From: Trichodelitschia bisporula
Lineage: Eukaryota
DNA: 64,000 nt
Direction of reading: 5' to 3'
NCBI GenBank assembly: GCA_010356995.1
Contig: ML996688.1
Location: 372,001-436,000 of the forward strand
Positions 37,566-51,300 of the stretch are shown in pieces (positions within the stretch are counted from its first letter, which is position 1; each line of letters begins with the position of its first letter). The translations under genes were made by a program, and so were the position numbers. The notes under the pieces are model-generated. The model saw nothing but the letters and a program-made list of their open reading frames with translations. It was not told the origin of the DNA and made no database searches.

Positions 37566-40500
37566 ATGGCGCCTGGCCATAAGCGGAAGAGAGGGGAGGT
37601 GACGGGCTCGCAGGATCATGATGAATCCCCTCATCGATCATCTCCGCATCGACCGCAGAACCTCCCTCTTGCGCGACAGAGTGCGACACCCAACGCAAAC
37701 CGCGGCGGTAGGAGAGCTAGTGGACGCGGCAGCAGCAGAGGATCCACTCCACGCAGTCCCATCTCCTCTAATCCTCCTTCGGCCGCAACTAACTCGGCTC
37801 CTAACTCTGCCATGCTCCCACCTGCATCCAACCAACCACTCGTGCGTGCGGGCAGGCCATCAACGCCTGCTCAGGCAGATACGGCATCTCAGCGTCGCGA
37901 CTCCATATCGAAGGATTCTACGTATCATTTCGAGTACCTTTCGCCGGATAGACTGAAGGCATGGGACGCCGGAGGTCGACGCGAGCTTGTCGACATGGCC
38001 ATCAAGTTGCAACAGGCTGGAGATAACACGCCCCCGTTGGAAATTCTCGAGGAACTCATCAAAGCTACGCTTGGTGGTCAACTGGATGCACGGGAAGCGG
38101 GTTCAACTGTCAACGAGATCCTGGCTTCATCGGTTGACGAGGTGCTCTCAGTTCTCTTCCTCGACTGCCTGTCTGTCCTCACGGAGAACGACGTCAGCAA
38201 CCCAACTGCCATCCGCAACCTCCTCGTCAGCAGCGAAATCTCACCCGAATTGATTCGCGAGGTATTGGAGGCCCCGTTGCTTGCTTCACTCAACCTCGTT
38301 CGCAACACCTTTGAGCGTATGGGCATTCGCAATTCGACCAACGTCCTCTATCGCCAGTCCGCATACAACCTCCTCCGTGAGGAGACGGAAGGTTACGCCA
38401 AACTTATGACCGAGTACTTCACAGTTACCCACAAGTCGTCTCCAACGAACGAAGTAGTCAAGGAGATCACCGAGCGCGTTAAGGCTCTCATTGGTGCTTT
38501 CGACCTGGATGTTGGACGGGTCTTGGACGTCACTCTGGACGCTTTTGCGAGCATGCTTATTCGGCATTTCCGGTTCTTCATCAAGTTCCTTCGTGCCAGC
38601 GCCTGGTGGCCGAAGGAGAAGGTGATCCCTGGTGTTGTTCGCGGAGGGGATGAGCACACGTACCTCCCTTTGTGGGCTTCACCCCAATACTCTGGTTGGA
38701 GCTACTCGGACGGTGAAAAACAGAGTATTCTCGCTCAGAAAGAGATTCGGGATGCATCCTTCTGGGAGCGCGTCAAAGAAATCGGCATGGGCGCTTACTT
38801 TGAGCTTGGTGGCCGCCGCATACTGCAGGACGAGGGCCTGATTGCTGAAGGCGCGCCGGATCGGGAATGGATCTCCGCTACCGGGACGTTTCCGCCTTCC
38901 GGAAATCCGACGGCGGCCCAGCTTCTCGGGTTCAAACTTCGGTTCTACGCCTCTTCTGCTCGCGACGCTACTGATACGCTGCCGGAGAATCTCATCTGGG
39001 TCGCCGCTCTACTCATCAAGATCGGGTTCATTTCTTTACGAGACATCTATCCTCACCTCTATCCGTCCGATGAAGACATGGTGTCGGTCAAAGAGAAGCT
39101 GGAGAAGGAGAAGGCCGACAAGCAGTTGAAGAATCGTCCAGGCGGAGGCATGAATGCCTTGATGATGGCTGGCGCGCTCACGGACGACACTGAAGGTCCG
39201 TCCTCGCGTCTTCGCAATCTGGAGGTGCGACCGACGGCAGCAAAACCGGTCACCACAGCCGAGAAGACTGAACCCAAGGAGGAAGAGAAGGAGGTGCTCC
39301 CTGAGCCTGCCGACCAGAAGATTCAACTCTTGAAGAGCTTACTGCTCATCGGTGCGATCCCGGATGCCCTGTTCATCTTGGGAAAGTTCCCCTGGCTCGT
39401 CGAGTTGCATCCCGAAATCCGTCCCCTCATTCACCGGATTATCCACCACTCGATCAGCAAGGTGTACGAAGGCCATCCCTTGAACTCCCGCGAATCTGTG
39501 CAGGATCCGAAGCCTACTCCCATCAGCCTCCCCAACCTCCCTAAAGGCGAATTGAAGCTTGCCCCAACGCCACCTCGCAAAGTCAAATGGTGGGCTAAGC
39601 TTGACACTATCGACGCCATCGATGGGACGGACTACAGGTTCTACTACGATGATTGGATCGACAACGTTCCAGTCTGCCAGACGGTTGACGACCTGTTTCT
39701 CCTTTCCGACAGCCTGCTGAACTTGACCGGTGTCAAGCTTGGAGAGGACCCTGAGTTGCTCGCTAAATTCTCACGCATCGGCAAGCGAAACCTGGTCGAT
39801 GACCCATCGCCTTCGAACCAAACGCGATGGGCCGCCCTCGCCAAACGCCTCTTGGTCCCTGCTCTCAGCTTCACCAAGTCCAATCCCGGAGTTGTCAACG
39901 AAGTGTACGACCTCTTGAAACTCTTTCCCATCAGCACCAGATACAACATCTATGCGGAGTGGTACACCGGCCAGATATCCCGCCTTCCTGAAATGAAAGA
40001 AGCCTTTGATCAAGCGAGGGCGGAGACCAAGGATGTTCTCAAGCGCATCAGCAAGACGAACACACGAACTATGGCGCGCGCTCTGGCTAAGGTCGCCTAC
40101 GCTTCACCAGGCGTTGTATTCAGTGTCGCTCTTAACCAGATTGAGTCCTACGACAACCTGATCGAAGTCGTTGTCGAGTGCGCCAGGTACTTCACGTACT
40201 TGGGCTACGACGTCTTGACCTGGTCGCTGATGAGTGCCCTTGGCGGATCTGGCCGTAATCGCATGCAAGGCGATGGCATGCTCACAAGCTCCTGGCTGAA
40301 GGCGCTCTCCACATTCGCGGGCAGAGTCTTCCGGCGCTACTCCACCATGAACTCCACGCCTATCCTCCAGTACGTCGCATCACAGCTCCAGCAAGGCATA
40401 TCTACCGACCTTGAAGTCTTAGAGGAAATCATCACTTCCATGGCCGGGATTCGCGCCGACAGCAATTACAGTGAGGAGCAGGTGTTTGCCCTTGCTAGCG

Positions 40501-43500
40501 GCCCGGTGTTGCGTGATCAGACGCTTCGCTCAGTCTTCGATAAGCGCCATGAAGCGAAGGTGCAGTCAAAGCGGCTTATCAAGTCCCTGCTGGATTCTGG
40601 CCTGGCCGGCCTGCTCCTGGTCGCCATTGCTCAGGAGCGTCAGTACTATCCCTTCCGCGAGGCCTCTGAAGACGCACCCGTCAAGGTCATTGGGAACAAC
40701 TTCGACAAGCTGCATCGGGCCTTTATGCAGTATCTCGACATGCTGCGTACCAACCTCCCTGCGAAAGACTTTGATCAGACAGTCCCGACTCTACCTGAGC
40801 TCATTTCGAAATATGCTCTTCAGCCCGCTGTCGCCTACACAATCATGCGGCCGAGCATACAGCATCAGTTGGACGAAGCTGCGAAGGCGGATGCGCTTGC
40901 GCGGAAGCAGCCCAAGGCCCCGAATGGCGATGTCGAGATGTCGGATGCCCCTGCCCAGCCCCCCAAGGATTCCACAAACGGTGTTACTGAGGACGTAGCA
41001 ATGGTTGATGCTGAATCGCCCAAGGAGCCAGATCCTTTCCCCGCCCCCCTCCGAGCGGTCATGGATAGTCTGAAGGATGTCATGCCCGAAGATTCCTTTA
41101 CTCCGGTGGAGTTCTACGTACGCTTCTGGCAACTCAAACTCTCTGACCTGGAAGCCGGACCGTACGAACCGGAGAGCAAGCGTGTCAGTGAGCGCTACGG
41201 CGTAGTTGCTTCTGATCGCAGTGACATGTCCCCTGCTGGAATTCGCAAAAAAGAGGCCGAGAAGAAGCGGCTGAAGCAAATTCAAGACGACTTGAAATCG
41301 GAACTCTCGGCCAATTTCTCGCACATACAGACTTTCAAGAAGAAGATGAACCGCGAGAAGGATCACTGGCTTTCTCATATCCCAAAGAACAAGCAAGGAG
41401 CTCTCGCCTACGCCATCATCCAGGAGTGTCTGCTTCCTCGCGCCTTCCTCTCAGCGGAAGATGCCTACTTCTGCTCCAGGTTCATCTTCTGGGCTCATGG
41501 CATGGGAACGCCCGGATTTCGGACTATGTTCATCTTTGACCGGCTGTTTCGTCAAAACCAGCTCGTTTCCATTCTCTTCCAGTGCACTCCCCGCGAGGTG
41601 GAGAACCTTGCTCGCTTCCTCGATAAAGTGCTCGGAGAGCTTCGCGGATGGCATGCAGAGTGTAAGATGTATGAAGTCAAGGCGTGGGGTCTGCGCAAAG
41701 ACTTCCAGGGCTTCGCCGGTCGACTCGGACCCGATAGTGTCGAAGGGCAGCTCAGCTACGAGGATTTCCGACGTGCCCTCTTCAAATGGCACCAGAACAT
41801 CCATCTCGCCCTGAAAACCAGCTTTGAGAGTGGAGAGTACATGCATATCCGGAACGGCATCATTCTTCTGAAGGGTCTGCACAAGACTTTCCCTGCCGTC
41901 ACCTTCCACGGTAATCAGATCACCTCGCTTGTCACGCAGGTATCCAAGGAGGATACGCGGGATGATCTCAAACTTTCCGCTCTGTCCTTGCTTGCAGACC
42001 TCAAAAAGCAGGAGAAGTCCTGGCTCATACCGCAAGCTTTCCGCATTGTACGTCGTCCTCACATGCCTTCTCAACGCACTGACACTTTCCAGAACGATCA
42101 GCCTTCAGCGCCTTCTCAGGCAAAATCCGTTACCTCTATTGGGGCTACGGGGTCTGGCACACCAAATGCCGCTGCAAAAGCAGGGGCTTCGGCATCCGTG
42201 CTGCCGGCTAAAGCTTCAGCAACGTGAGTTACTCATCAATCAGCAACCGAATCGTCTAACCCGAGTATAGCAACGGCGCTAAACCTGGTGCTACCGGCAA
42301 GGAAGTCGAAGACGGTGAAATCGAGGATGCTAAGAAAGCAGAGGCTCCGAAGATTTCCGTTACCCAAGCAACCGGTTCGCAATCTACCGACTCTCAAGCT
42401 TCGTCTAAACCGCCGCCAGGAACCGCATCGCTAACGGCGACTGCCCCGGAGTTTAAACCATCAAACGAGGTGACGGCACCACAGAAGTCGGCCCAGCAGC
42501 CTTCGACGGCTTCGCAACCTTCGCAATCCGTGAAGCGCAATTCTAGACAAGCATCGCCGAATCCCGAGCCACCGCCGACTACCGGAGGCAACGCACAGCC
42601 CCTCCCCCCTCGAGCCGAACGCACCCTTTCATCGCGTCAGCCGCACGGACTACCGAACCGGCCAGATGGACCTCTCCCCCGCGAGCGCATTTCCCATCGT
42701 TTGGGCGAACCTCCGACCACGCACCCTTATCGGCACGACACTCGGCCCAACGAGCAGTTCGGTAGACTGGAGCGTCCGGACTTGCCGCGCGAGACTAGGA
42801 GCCGACACGACGAATCGCCTGGACATCGTAGCCGGCCTCGGAGTCCTGATCGAGCGGTCACCGAACGCGAGAGGCGTGAGCCGGGATGGGTTGGTCCTGA
42901 GGGGGTGAGGGAGCGTTTGGAACATTCGGATGGCCGCGCGCCTCGTATGCCGCCGCCTAGGGATTTGCTTGCGAGGGACCTTCCTCGGGACTTGCCTCCT
43001 CGGGACTTGCCTCCCCGCGATTTGCCTCCCCGTGAACTGCCTCCTCGGGATATGCCTCCTCGGGAGCTGCCTCCTCGGGAGTTACCGCCTAGAGAGCTGC
43101 CTCGGGATATTCGTACTAACGGTAGGGGTCCAGAGTGGAGCGGTCCACGGGACAGACAGGCTTCAGATGCTCAAGTCGCCTACGACGCGCGCGGCCGCAC
43201 TGGCTCTTCGGCAATGAATGCGGAGCGCGTAGCTCAAATCCAGCAACCGGACCGCCTCGACCGCAACATGAACGCCGGCCGCGGGCCTTACGATCGTGAT
43301 CCTAGAGGTCGGCCTGAGCCATCCTGGCCCGAGCGGGATGGCGATCCTAGAGTTCGGCCTGAGCCATCCTGGCCTGAGCGCGACGGTGGAGGACAGCGGG
43401 GTTCGCGGCCACAATCTCCACGTAGGTTTGATGATCGTGCCCAAATTTCGTTGCCTTCTCGTTTGGAACCGGTGCGCGACGAGCGCGGCGGTGAGAGGCT

Positions 43501-45028
43501 TCTCCCCGAGCGGCCCCTGGCGCCGGAGTACCCGCCTGCCAGTCGCGATCGTCGCGACGACGGTGGGGGGCCGCCGTTGGGGCCGAGGGGCGATCGCCCG
43601 GGGAGGAACGATGGATACGACGCCCACCAACGCTTCCGGGATTTGATTCCCCAGTCCGCGCCTCAGCGCCCGCCGGATCCGAATCATGGTCGTCTTTCGC
43701 AGGATTTTGGTCTCCCGCCGAGGCCGCAGGATCCGAATTATGGTCGACTGAACGCTAATCCGGATATTCCCTCAGGCCCGCGCGCTCGTCCTGCTAATCA
43801 ACGCGGTGGTCGCAGTTTCACCGCCCCCACGCCGCACGGCGGTTCGCGTCTTGCTGAACCGGGTCAATCGGCAACGACGACTTCGGCGCAGGGCAACGAT
43901 CGGAGCACGACGGCGACGTCCTTTGGCGATCGCCGCGATCGTTGGCAGGCTAGTGGCGCCGACCAGCCTCCTACGGCGCCTCAGACATCTGGGCCGGAAC
44001 CACCGCCTACCCTTGATATGACGGCCGTGCACCCGAGCCGCCTGCAGCAAATCAGCCGCGCCCCACCGAACACAATCGAGTCGCCCACCGCCCCCGCCCC
44101 GAGCCAGTCCCACACCTCGGCCCCCGCGCCTTCGGGGCCTAGGAGCTCGCTCCGTGGCGCGCCGCCGTTGGCTACGAATCAACCCCCGTCCGGGCGCACA
44201 CCGCCCACTGGACCCGCGTCCGCGACGGACCGCCGCCCGCCGCCTGATAAGCGCTTCGCGGATATACAGAATGTATTGCAGGAGGGGAGGACGAGCTCGG
44301 GTCGTGGCCGGGGGCGCGCTACGCCGCTGGGGCAGCCGTCGAGTCCGGCGGTGATGCAGCCTGTTGATGTAGGCTCCCGTGAGGAGCCTAGGCCGGATCT
44401 GATGCATGAGCGCTCGGCGAGGTTTGCGGTTGAGACGGCGAGCCCGGCTGATAGTGGGGATAGTAGGGGGAGGAGGAGTGAGAGGAGTAGGCAGAAGGTG
44501 AGGAGTCGGAGTCCGAAGAGGGAGGAGCATGCTGGGAGGGGGAGGGAGGAGCAGCCTGTGAGGCAACGGGAGGAGCCTGTTGTGAGGCAGAAGGAGGAGA
44601 GGGGGGCGAGGGTTGAGGAGGGGAAGCATGAGCGACGGGAAGGGGGTGGGAGTGATCGGGATGGGCGGGAGAGGCGTGGGCGGAGTGGACGGGATGCTGG
44701 ACGGGATGCCGCGAGAGATGCGGCGCGGGATGCTGCGCGGGAGGAACATGGGCGCGCACGTCAGCACCGCGAGGATGTGCGCCCGCCGCCGGCGGAGGAG
44801 CACAGGCGCGCTCAACAGGAGCGCGAGCGCGGGCAGTGGGAAGCTCGTGGGGGCGGACAACCGCTGCCGTCTCCGCAAGGAGAAATGAGGAACGGAGAGG
44901 GACGACGAGGAGGCGAGAGGAGGGATGACCGCGAACGGCGTGATGGACGGGAAAGGAAAAGGGGGAGGGGGAACGAGGGTGATGTGCAGCAGAGCGAGAG
45001 TAAGCGGCCTAGACGGGGACAGGCTTAG
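37566..45028 (+). CDS. THO2: THO complex subunit 2 (exons 37566-42047, 42093-42223, 42271-45028)
   Basis: LYRQSAYNLLREETEGYAKL, LIGAFDLDVGRVLDV, QIESYDNLIEVVVECARYFTYLGYDVL and EYMHIRNGII motifs. Intron 42224-42270 joins the 1553-aa ORF to the 852-aa R/E/D/P-rich ORF in frame (EVEDGEI). The in-frame 45-nt intron 42048-42092 is likely. Confidence 0.95.
42953..43380 (+). repeat. Coding tandem repeats in the THO2 tail: about 15-nt (PPR[DE][LM])n and a 45-nt duplication (DPRxRPEPSWPERDG x2)
   Basis: cctcctcgggac/gag units at 42953-43108; gatcctagag..cggcctgagccatcctggcc at 43298 and 43343. Confidence 0.85.
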
Positions 45029-45386
45029 TAGGCTTGTTTCTTGCTTCTAGGGGCAGAGGGCGATCTTTGAGAGTTTTTCTTTTGTGCTTTTTGATTGTGA
45101 GAAGGGGCATGGCGGGAGCGGTAATCATAGGGCGGCGTTTAAGTGATTTGTCGGGCGTGGTTGCTCGTTGTAGACTTCTGTTCGATTGGAGGGATCTTCT
45201 CTTTCGTTGGGAGGTTCGTGTGTTCTTAATACTCTACTACATTGCAGGGCGGTTGATGGGGTGGGAAAAGATTGCGGATATGAAGTGTATAAATATTGTG
45301 CGAGAGGAGGGGGTGCAAAATTTCTATTACGGCACGCGCGATGAGGATGAGAATGCTTGCGATGCTTGATTTACAAGTGATCTACC

Positions 45387-48011
45387 CTACTCCTCGTCCT
45401 CGGAGTCCCGCAACACAAGCGGCGGAATCTCAAACTCGTCATCCGAATCCGACCCGCTGTCATCCTGCCCCGCAGCCGGAGCCGCTTCCTGCCTCGCAGT
45501 CGCTTCCAGCCTCGCAGCCGTAGCCGCAGCCGCAACCGCATCCAGCCTCGCAACCACAGCCGCTTGCCGCCTGGCATCCTCCGCTTCCTCCCTCATAGCC
45601 GCAGCCTTAGCCGCCTCCCGCCTAGCATCCTCCTCCGCCTCCTGCTCGCGGGCAATATCCGCTTCCATGCTCGCCCACCCGCCGCTATCCAGCCCGGAAG
45701 CCCGAGCCGCTTCCCGCCTCGCATCATGCCGCCTCGCAGTTTCCCGCCTCGCGGCCTTAGTCGCAGCCGCAGTCGCAATCCGCTCCTGCTCCGTGGCCCA
45801 AATCTCAGACGAAAGCTCCGCTTGCCTCTCGGCCCATGCCGCAGAGGCTTCCGGATGCGCTTGCCACTCCGCTTGTCGCCGGGCGGCCGCCGATGCTTCG
45901 GCTGTCGGCGGTGCTGCGCGGGCGTCGTCGTTTGTCGCTGGGGTTTCGGATGTGAGGCGCGGGCGCTTTGCGTGTGGCAAAAGCGGTATTTCTGCCTCGC
46001 GCTTCCCCTCGGCCTCGGCGCTGGGGGAGCGCGGCGCGGACACGGCGTGGGTCGGAACACCCACGCCCTTGATCAAATCACCCCCGTCGTCACGAGCCGG
46101 CCTCGCCGCGAAAATATCCCTCGACAACTCGACTCTGCGTCCCGCGGTCGGTGGCGGAGGGAGCTCGGCTTCTGCCCCATCCAGCATATCATCGTCACTA
46201 TCATCCTCATCCCCGCCCACTTGAGTTCCAAACCGAATAACCGGCATTCGCGGGCGGAGCACGCCTTCCACTTGCACAGCCTCAGGGAATAATCTTGCTA
46301 GGAAGGGGAGCACGCTCGGCTTGCCCGGTGCGGGATTCAGGGCACTGGCCGTGAGGGCGGCGCAGTCCCGCGTCAGCACGGCCACGCGGTCTAGATCTGC
46401 GCGCGCGGTGGCGGAGACGTGGTGCGGGGGGAGTTTGGCGAGGAGGACGGGGAGGAGGGCGCGGGCTGCGTGGTGTAGGCCTGCGTATTGTGCTTTGGGT
46501 GCTGAGGGGGCGCGGGGCCCGGTCATGGCGTCTGGGTTTGCGGTGGCGGGGCCTTTGCCGGTTGATGGAGCGGAGGTGGTGGGGGGGAGCAGGTCGCGGG
46601 CGACGGATTTGAGGATCGGGTCCAAGGACACTACGAGAGGTTTGGGGAGGGAGGGGCCGATGATTGAAAGGAGGGGTGCGAGGAGGGTGTAGATTGCTGT
46701 GCGGAGGGGGGGGGCGGCGGTGGGGAAGAGCCAGGTTGTTGTTTCGAGGAGCGGGATGCAGGTGGACATTGAGCCGCTGTTGAGGCGGGTGAGGAGTGCG
46801 AGCCAGACTTCGAGAGCGGCGATTTGGATGCGCGGGAGGACGGTCCAGAGCTCATCGCGTTCCTGGCGGGAGATTTGGTCGTTGGGGCGGGTGCCGGGGG
46901 TGTTCTTTGAAGGCTTTTGGATGGAGAGGATGCGGGTTAGGAGGTCGGCAATGACGCCGATATCGAGGCTGGTTGGGGTTGAGAGGGTAGTTGAGACGTA
47001 GGCTCTGAGGATGAAGAGTTGTGTTGCTAGTCTGTGGCCGCCGGAAAGTATACCGGTCCAAGGGCGGAGGTGGAAGGGAGCAGCGGGTATGTGTAAGGGC
47101 GCGTCGGAGAAATGATCAGTAATGCGAGTGGAACCGGGGGGTCGGGTTGTAGATTGCCAGTCTTCCACTATCCCCCGGAAGACTTCGCCAGCTGTATCAT
47201 GGGTGCCGGAAACGAGGCCGCAAAAGTCCTCGTGCCATTCAACTGCCGCACGGTCTTTGGGAGCACACTGATGTAGCAAAACGTACAGGCGCTGGGCCAG
47301 ATTGCAAATTTCCTGAGGGATTGTATACAGTTCCTTTACGTCCAAGTGGTATGTGCCCTCGGACATAACAGCAGCCAGGAGTTTACGAAGCTTAGACAGA
47401 GCCGTCCGGAAAATGGTGGGATGCCGAGGAACAAGATGGGTGAAGCTTTCGAGAATGGGTTGCAAGAGGGCCCTCTGCACGCTGGTTTCCTGGATATTTG
47501 CCGTTTGGTAGTGGTGTAGGCAATGGTCCACAAATGGCTTGAGGGAGGGCGTCGTCATCTCTCGAACCAGCGTAGGATAGTCGCGCGTCAGCATGAAGAT
47601 TCTGGTCAGCGTGATTATACACAGCTTCTTCGTCGTCGCGGGATCCGGCTTGTTTAAGATGCCAACCATTCCGCGGACCCAGGCGGCACATTTTGCGTCT
47701 TGGAGTATTTCCCATCCTCCCACCTCAACCGTGCTCTTGATAATGACCACTGCCGCCCAACGCGCCTCAACGGCGCGGTCCTGTAGCAATGTCGAGAGCT
47801 GAGTCTTGAACTTGTGCAACACCACTGGGGCATCTCCGTTTTCCTTTGCGAAAGCATTCTGGCCAGAAGAAAGGAGTTGTCCGCAGGTCACCAGCTGGGA
47901 TGCGATATGGGGTGCGAGTTGCGGGAGCTGTGTCGCCGGTGTAGAGGACAACCGGTAGGCAATTGCTCGCAAGGAAGACACCTCCGAGTCTATGGCGTGC
48001 GGAGGAGCCAT
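45387..48011 (-). CDS. RIX1: Pre-rRNA processing protein Rix1 (PELP1 family)
   Basis: 874-aa intronless ORF with LHKFKTQLSTLLQDR..RWAAVVIIKSTVEVGGWE, CIITLTRIF..YPTLVREMTTPSL, HPTIFR and EGVLRPRMPVI, ending in an acidic DSDDEFEIPPL tail typical of fungal Rix1. Confidence 0.9.
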   Translation of the reverse strand: MAPPHAIDSEVSSLRAIAYRLSSTPATQLPQLAPHIASQLVTCGQLLSSGQNAFAKENGDAPVVLHKFKTQLSTLLQDRAVEARWAAVVIIKSTVEVGGWEILQDAKCAAWVRGMVGILNKPDPATTKKLCIITLTRIFMLTRDYPTLVREMTTPSLKPFVDHCLHHYQTANIQETSVQRALLQPILESFTHLVPRHPTIFRTALSKLRKLLAAVMSEGTYHLDVKELYTIPQEICNLAQRLYVLLHQCAPKDRAAVEWHEDFCGLVSGTHDTAGEVFRGIVEDWQSTTRPPGSTRITDHFSDAPLHIPAAPFHLRPWTGILSGGHRLATQLFILRAYVSTTLSTPTSLDIGVIADLLTRILSIQKPSKNTPGTRPNDQISRQERDELWTVLPRIQIAALEVWLALLTRLNSGSMSTCIPLLETTTWLFPTAAPPLRTAIYTLLAPLLSIIGPSLPKPLVVSLDPILKSVARDLLPPTTSAPSTGKGPATANPDAMTGPRAPSAPKAQYAGLHHAARALLPVLLAKLPPHHVSATARADLDRVAVLTRDCAALTASALNPAPGKPSVLPFLARLFPEAVQVEGVLRPRMPVIRFGTQVGGDEDDSDDDMLDGAEAELPPPPTAGRRVELSRDIFAARPARDDGGDLIKGVGVPTHAVSAPRSPSAEAEGKREAEIPLLPHAKRPRLTSETPATNDDARAAPPTAEASAAARRQAEWQAHPEASAAWAERQAELSSEIWATEQERIATAAATKAARRETARRHDARREAARASGLDSGGWASMEADIAREQEAEEDARREAAKAAAMREEAEDARRQAAVVARLDAVAAAATAARLEATARQEAAPAAGQDDSGSDSDDEFEIPPLVLRDSEDEE

Positions 48012-48376
48012 GGCGATTGCTGTAAAGAAGAGGCTGTCGTGCCTCGTTTGGTTGAAGAAAAGGTCGTGAGGTCGTGATGTTCCCTAGAGCCAGACCCTTC
48101 AGGGTATCGACAAAAAAAATTATGGAGCGGTCCGAGCGTTTCAGACTGGGGTGGCGTGGAGTGCAAGGGCTGTTTGGTGGGGATCAACGGCGCCTTGTCC
48201 TCTCCTCCGTACAACAATTGATAGCTACGAATCCTGTTCGTGCATTCGCCCACAAGCCCATCTTTCCCATCCAACTTCTTCTGCAACACTCTCACTTCTG
48301 TATCCTACAGATAAATGATGCTATTCCGCCCCTCTAAGCTGTAACCAAGGCCTAGCTAACGCGCCAGACCGTCAAA

Positions 48377-51300
48377 ATGAGTGTTAGTTATTCCCCTCAC
48401 CCTCGCTCCTTTCGGCAACGTCATACACGTCGCCCTCCATTGCGCCGCTTCGCCCTGTTTTAGCCATGCTAACAAGTTCCTACAGACACGAGAGACCGAG
48501 AAAGCCCTTCGCTACATCAGCCAGCTAGATGCCGCCCGCTGTAATTCCCAATGGGACCAGGTGCCTGAGCTCGCTCGGAAAGTCGAAAAGCATGCGCCGC
48601 ACCGAAAAAGTACATTCTCCAGCTCAGGTTACTCGTCTAAGAAGGAACTGACATGTTCCCAGCCCTCATTCTCATTGCCAAAACCGAAGCCGCGGTTGCC
48701 AGCTATATCCCACCTCCTCGCCCGCAAACTGCCACGAACGAAACCACCGTGACGGCGCTGTCCAAAGTCATACCGCTTCTGCTCAGCGCAATTGACCAGG
48801 AGATTGAGTACCCCGAAGACCAGTTCCAAGCAACTATATGTCTAGGCTGGATACATTGGGTGCTGACTGAGCGTGGGCTGGCTGTTGCGCGGATGCCGAA
48901 GAGCATCATTGCGTCGCTGAGAGATGTCTCGAGTCGAAGCCATTCCTCGCCGCAGTGGGTGCAGGTATGCGCAATCAAAGGTGCATATATCAAGGGTATG
49001 TGAAGCCATGGTCGGCACTGGCAGAGGCTGTATTAAAGCGCACAGGCTTCTCCCAGGAAAAGACGGCTTCCGCTCTTGACGCGCTCGAAACATACAGCTC
49101 CATGCTACCCTTCCTTCGGTCCGTACCCGACTCTGGAGCAATGAGCCTGGAGTTCCGCACATGGACAGAGCGGCTACTCTCCCGTCTTTCGGCCGTCGCA
49201 ATGAAATCGCAACCGCTCGGCGAATGGGTCGATCTGAACACGATGCTCAGAGTCTTCCACCTGTGGACATCACTATTCCGTCACGTAAATCCCAGCTTGA
49301 AATCGCCAGTCCACGGAACAGCCTCTTCGCATCCTCCGGTAGAATTGGGACCTGAAGTCGAGTACTCAAGATGGGACGTTTGGATGGATTACTACACAAC
49401 TTTGTCTGAAATCCTACATCGCGGTTACACCTATTCGCCTTCTTACACGGAAATGGACCCGCAAATCCTGCGCTCTAGAGAAAATCTAAGTGACGAGGAA
49501 TTTATCATGGTCAGGCTGAAGCAGCGAACTGAAATAAAAAAGGTGGAAGCGAGCATAGAGGCCAAGCTGCTCGATGAGACGCGCTTCCCCAAAGCCAACG
49601 AGAGGAATTTCCGGGTTGAACGCTGGGTGGATGCAGTAATGCAGAACTGGCGCATTATGTGCGGGTCGACTTGGAAAGATGAAGATCTGGGCGAAGGTGG
49701 CACCAATGCCGTAGCTCGGGGGGTTCTTGACGTGCGAATTAGCTCCCATAGTTTGGATATGTCTCAATGCTGACTGCCTCAGATCCTCTACCGCGCAGCC
49801 ACCAAAACGTTCCACTCAACCCAGATCCTCAGATATCTCTTCAACGTCCACGCTTTCATTGCCGAGTTCGATCTCGCGATAAAAGCCTTCGATTCCTACG
49901 CCGAGCTCGTCCAGCAGGGCCACGACTGTGCCGAAAAGAGCGGCGAAATCAACTACAGCATAGATGACGACGACACCATTGTCCACACCGCATCCCAAGC
50001 CATCACCTTTCTCTGCCAGTTCGGATCCCGCAAGGAAGCAGAGAAAGCGCGCGAGATAGCCAAAAAGCTAGACCAGTGGCTCAAGCGGCGGAAAGTCATT
50101 CCACAGCATGATGCCCAATCCAAAGGCAAAGAAGAATTGACCGTCGATGCTGGCCTGACGCCGAACATCAAGTCCGCCGCATATCGCGCCCTGGGCATAA
50201 GTGAAGCGCAATGGGCACGGCTGACTTTTGATGCACCGGCGAGGAATGGCCACCAGGCGAAGGCAGTGGAGCTCTTCCGCGCCGCGCTGCATCCCAGGTT
50301 GGGTTGCCCATTCGATCTGGAGACGCTTTATCCCCTCGGCTTGGTGCTAGCTGAAATGCGGGAAATACCAGCAGCTATCAAGGTGGTCAAGCAAGCCATT
50401 GCCCACCGCGTCTCACATGCAGAGGCCGTCGCGGGCCACTCGGCCGACGGTTCACCCTTTGATCATCACAGTGGTCTGGAGTCTGCTGACTATTACCGCG
50501 AACGGAAACTAATCCGCTTTTGGCATCTTCTCGCGCTGCTTCTGACGGCTAAGTCCGATTTAACGACAGCTGCGAGATCGTGCAACGCCGCTTTTGAGCA
50601 GTTCCAGAGCAACACTGTCCTTTTTGGCGCTGAGAAGGAGTATCGCAGCGAACACTTGAATGAGACGGAGAAGCACAAACGGACATCAAAAGCTCTGGTA
50701 GATCGGATGGATCGCTACGAGAAGGAAAGCATTTTGCAAGTCAAACTTACGCAGGTTGCGCTGGTGGAAGCACTGGAGGGCCCTACCGCCGCCGTCGACG
50801 CAAGCACAGAACTCATCGCCCTGTATTCACGCTTATTCGGAGATCCACGGGCTGACCAGCCCAAGCTAAAGGCACCTGGGACCAGTCTTAAGCCGCCGAA
50901 GAGCGCGGGCGGCACCTTGCGCTCCAGCCTCATCGGACGGGCTCTGAGCAGACGAGGCGATGACAAAATGCGATCAGTGGAGTCCGCCCTGTCAAATCGG
51001 CCTTCGACGAGGGCAACCAACGCCACTGCTGCACCCACCATTCAAATCACAGATGAAAATGGAACTCTTCCCCGAGGACGGCCGAAAACAAGCTCGACGC
51101 TCGTTCCAGCCCGGAGTAGGACGCAAAATGGTGGCCAGGATGTTCGCCGGAGCCCGAGTCACAGGCTGCAGAAGCGTAGCGCGAGTATGAGGCGGCCGTC
51201 TGATGACTCTGCTCGCCCGGTGTCCGTTGCGACCACGAATGAAGGAGATTCCGTGTCTAAGAACGGCAGTGTTCGAACTAGTAATCGCGCCTCTGAGTAC

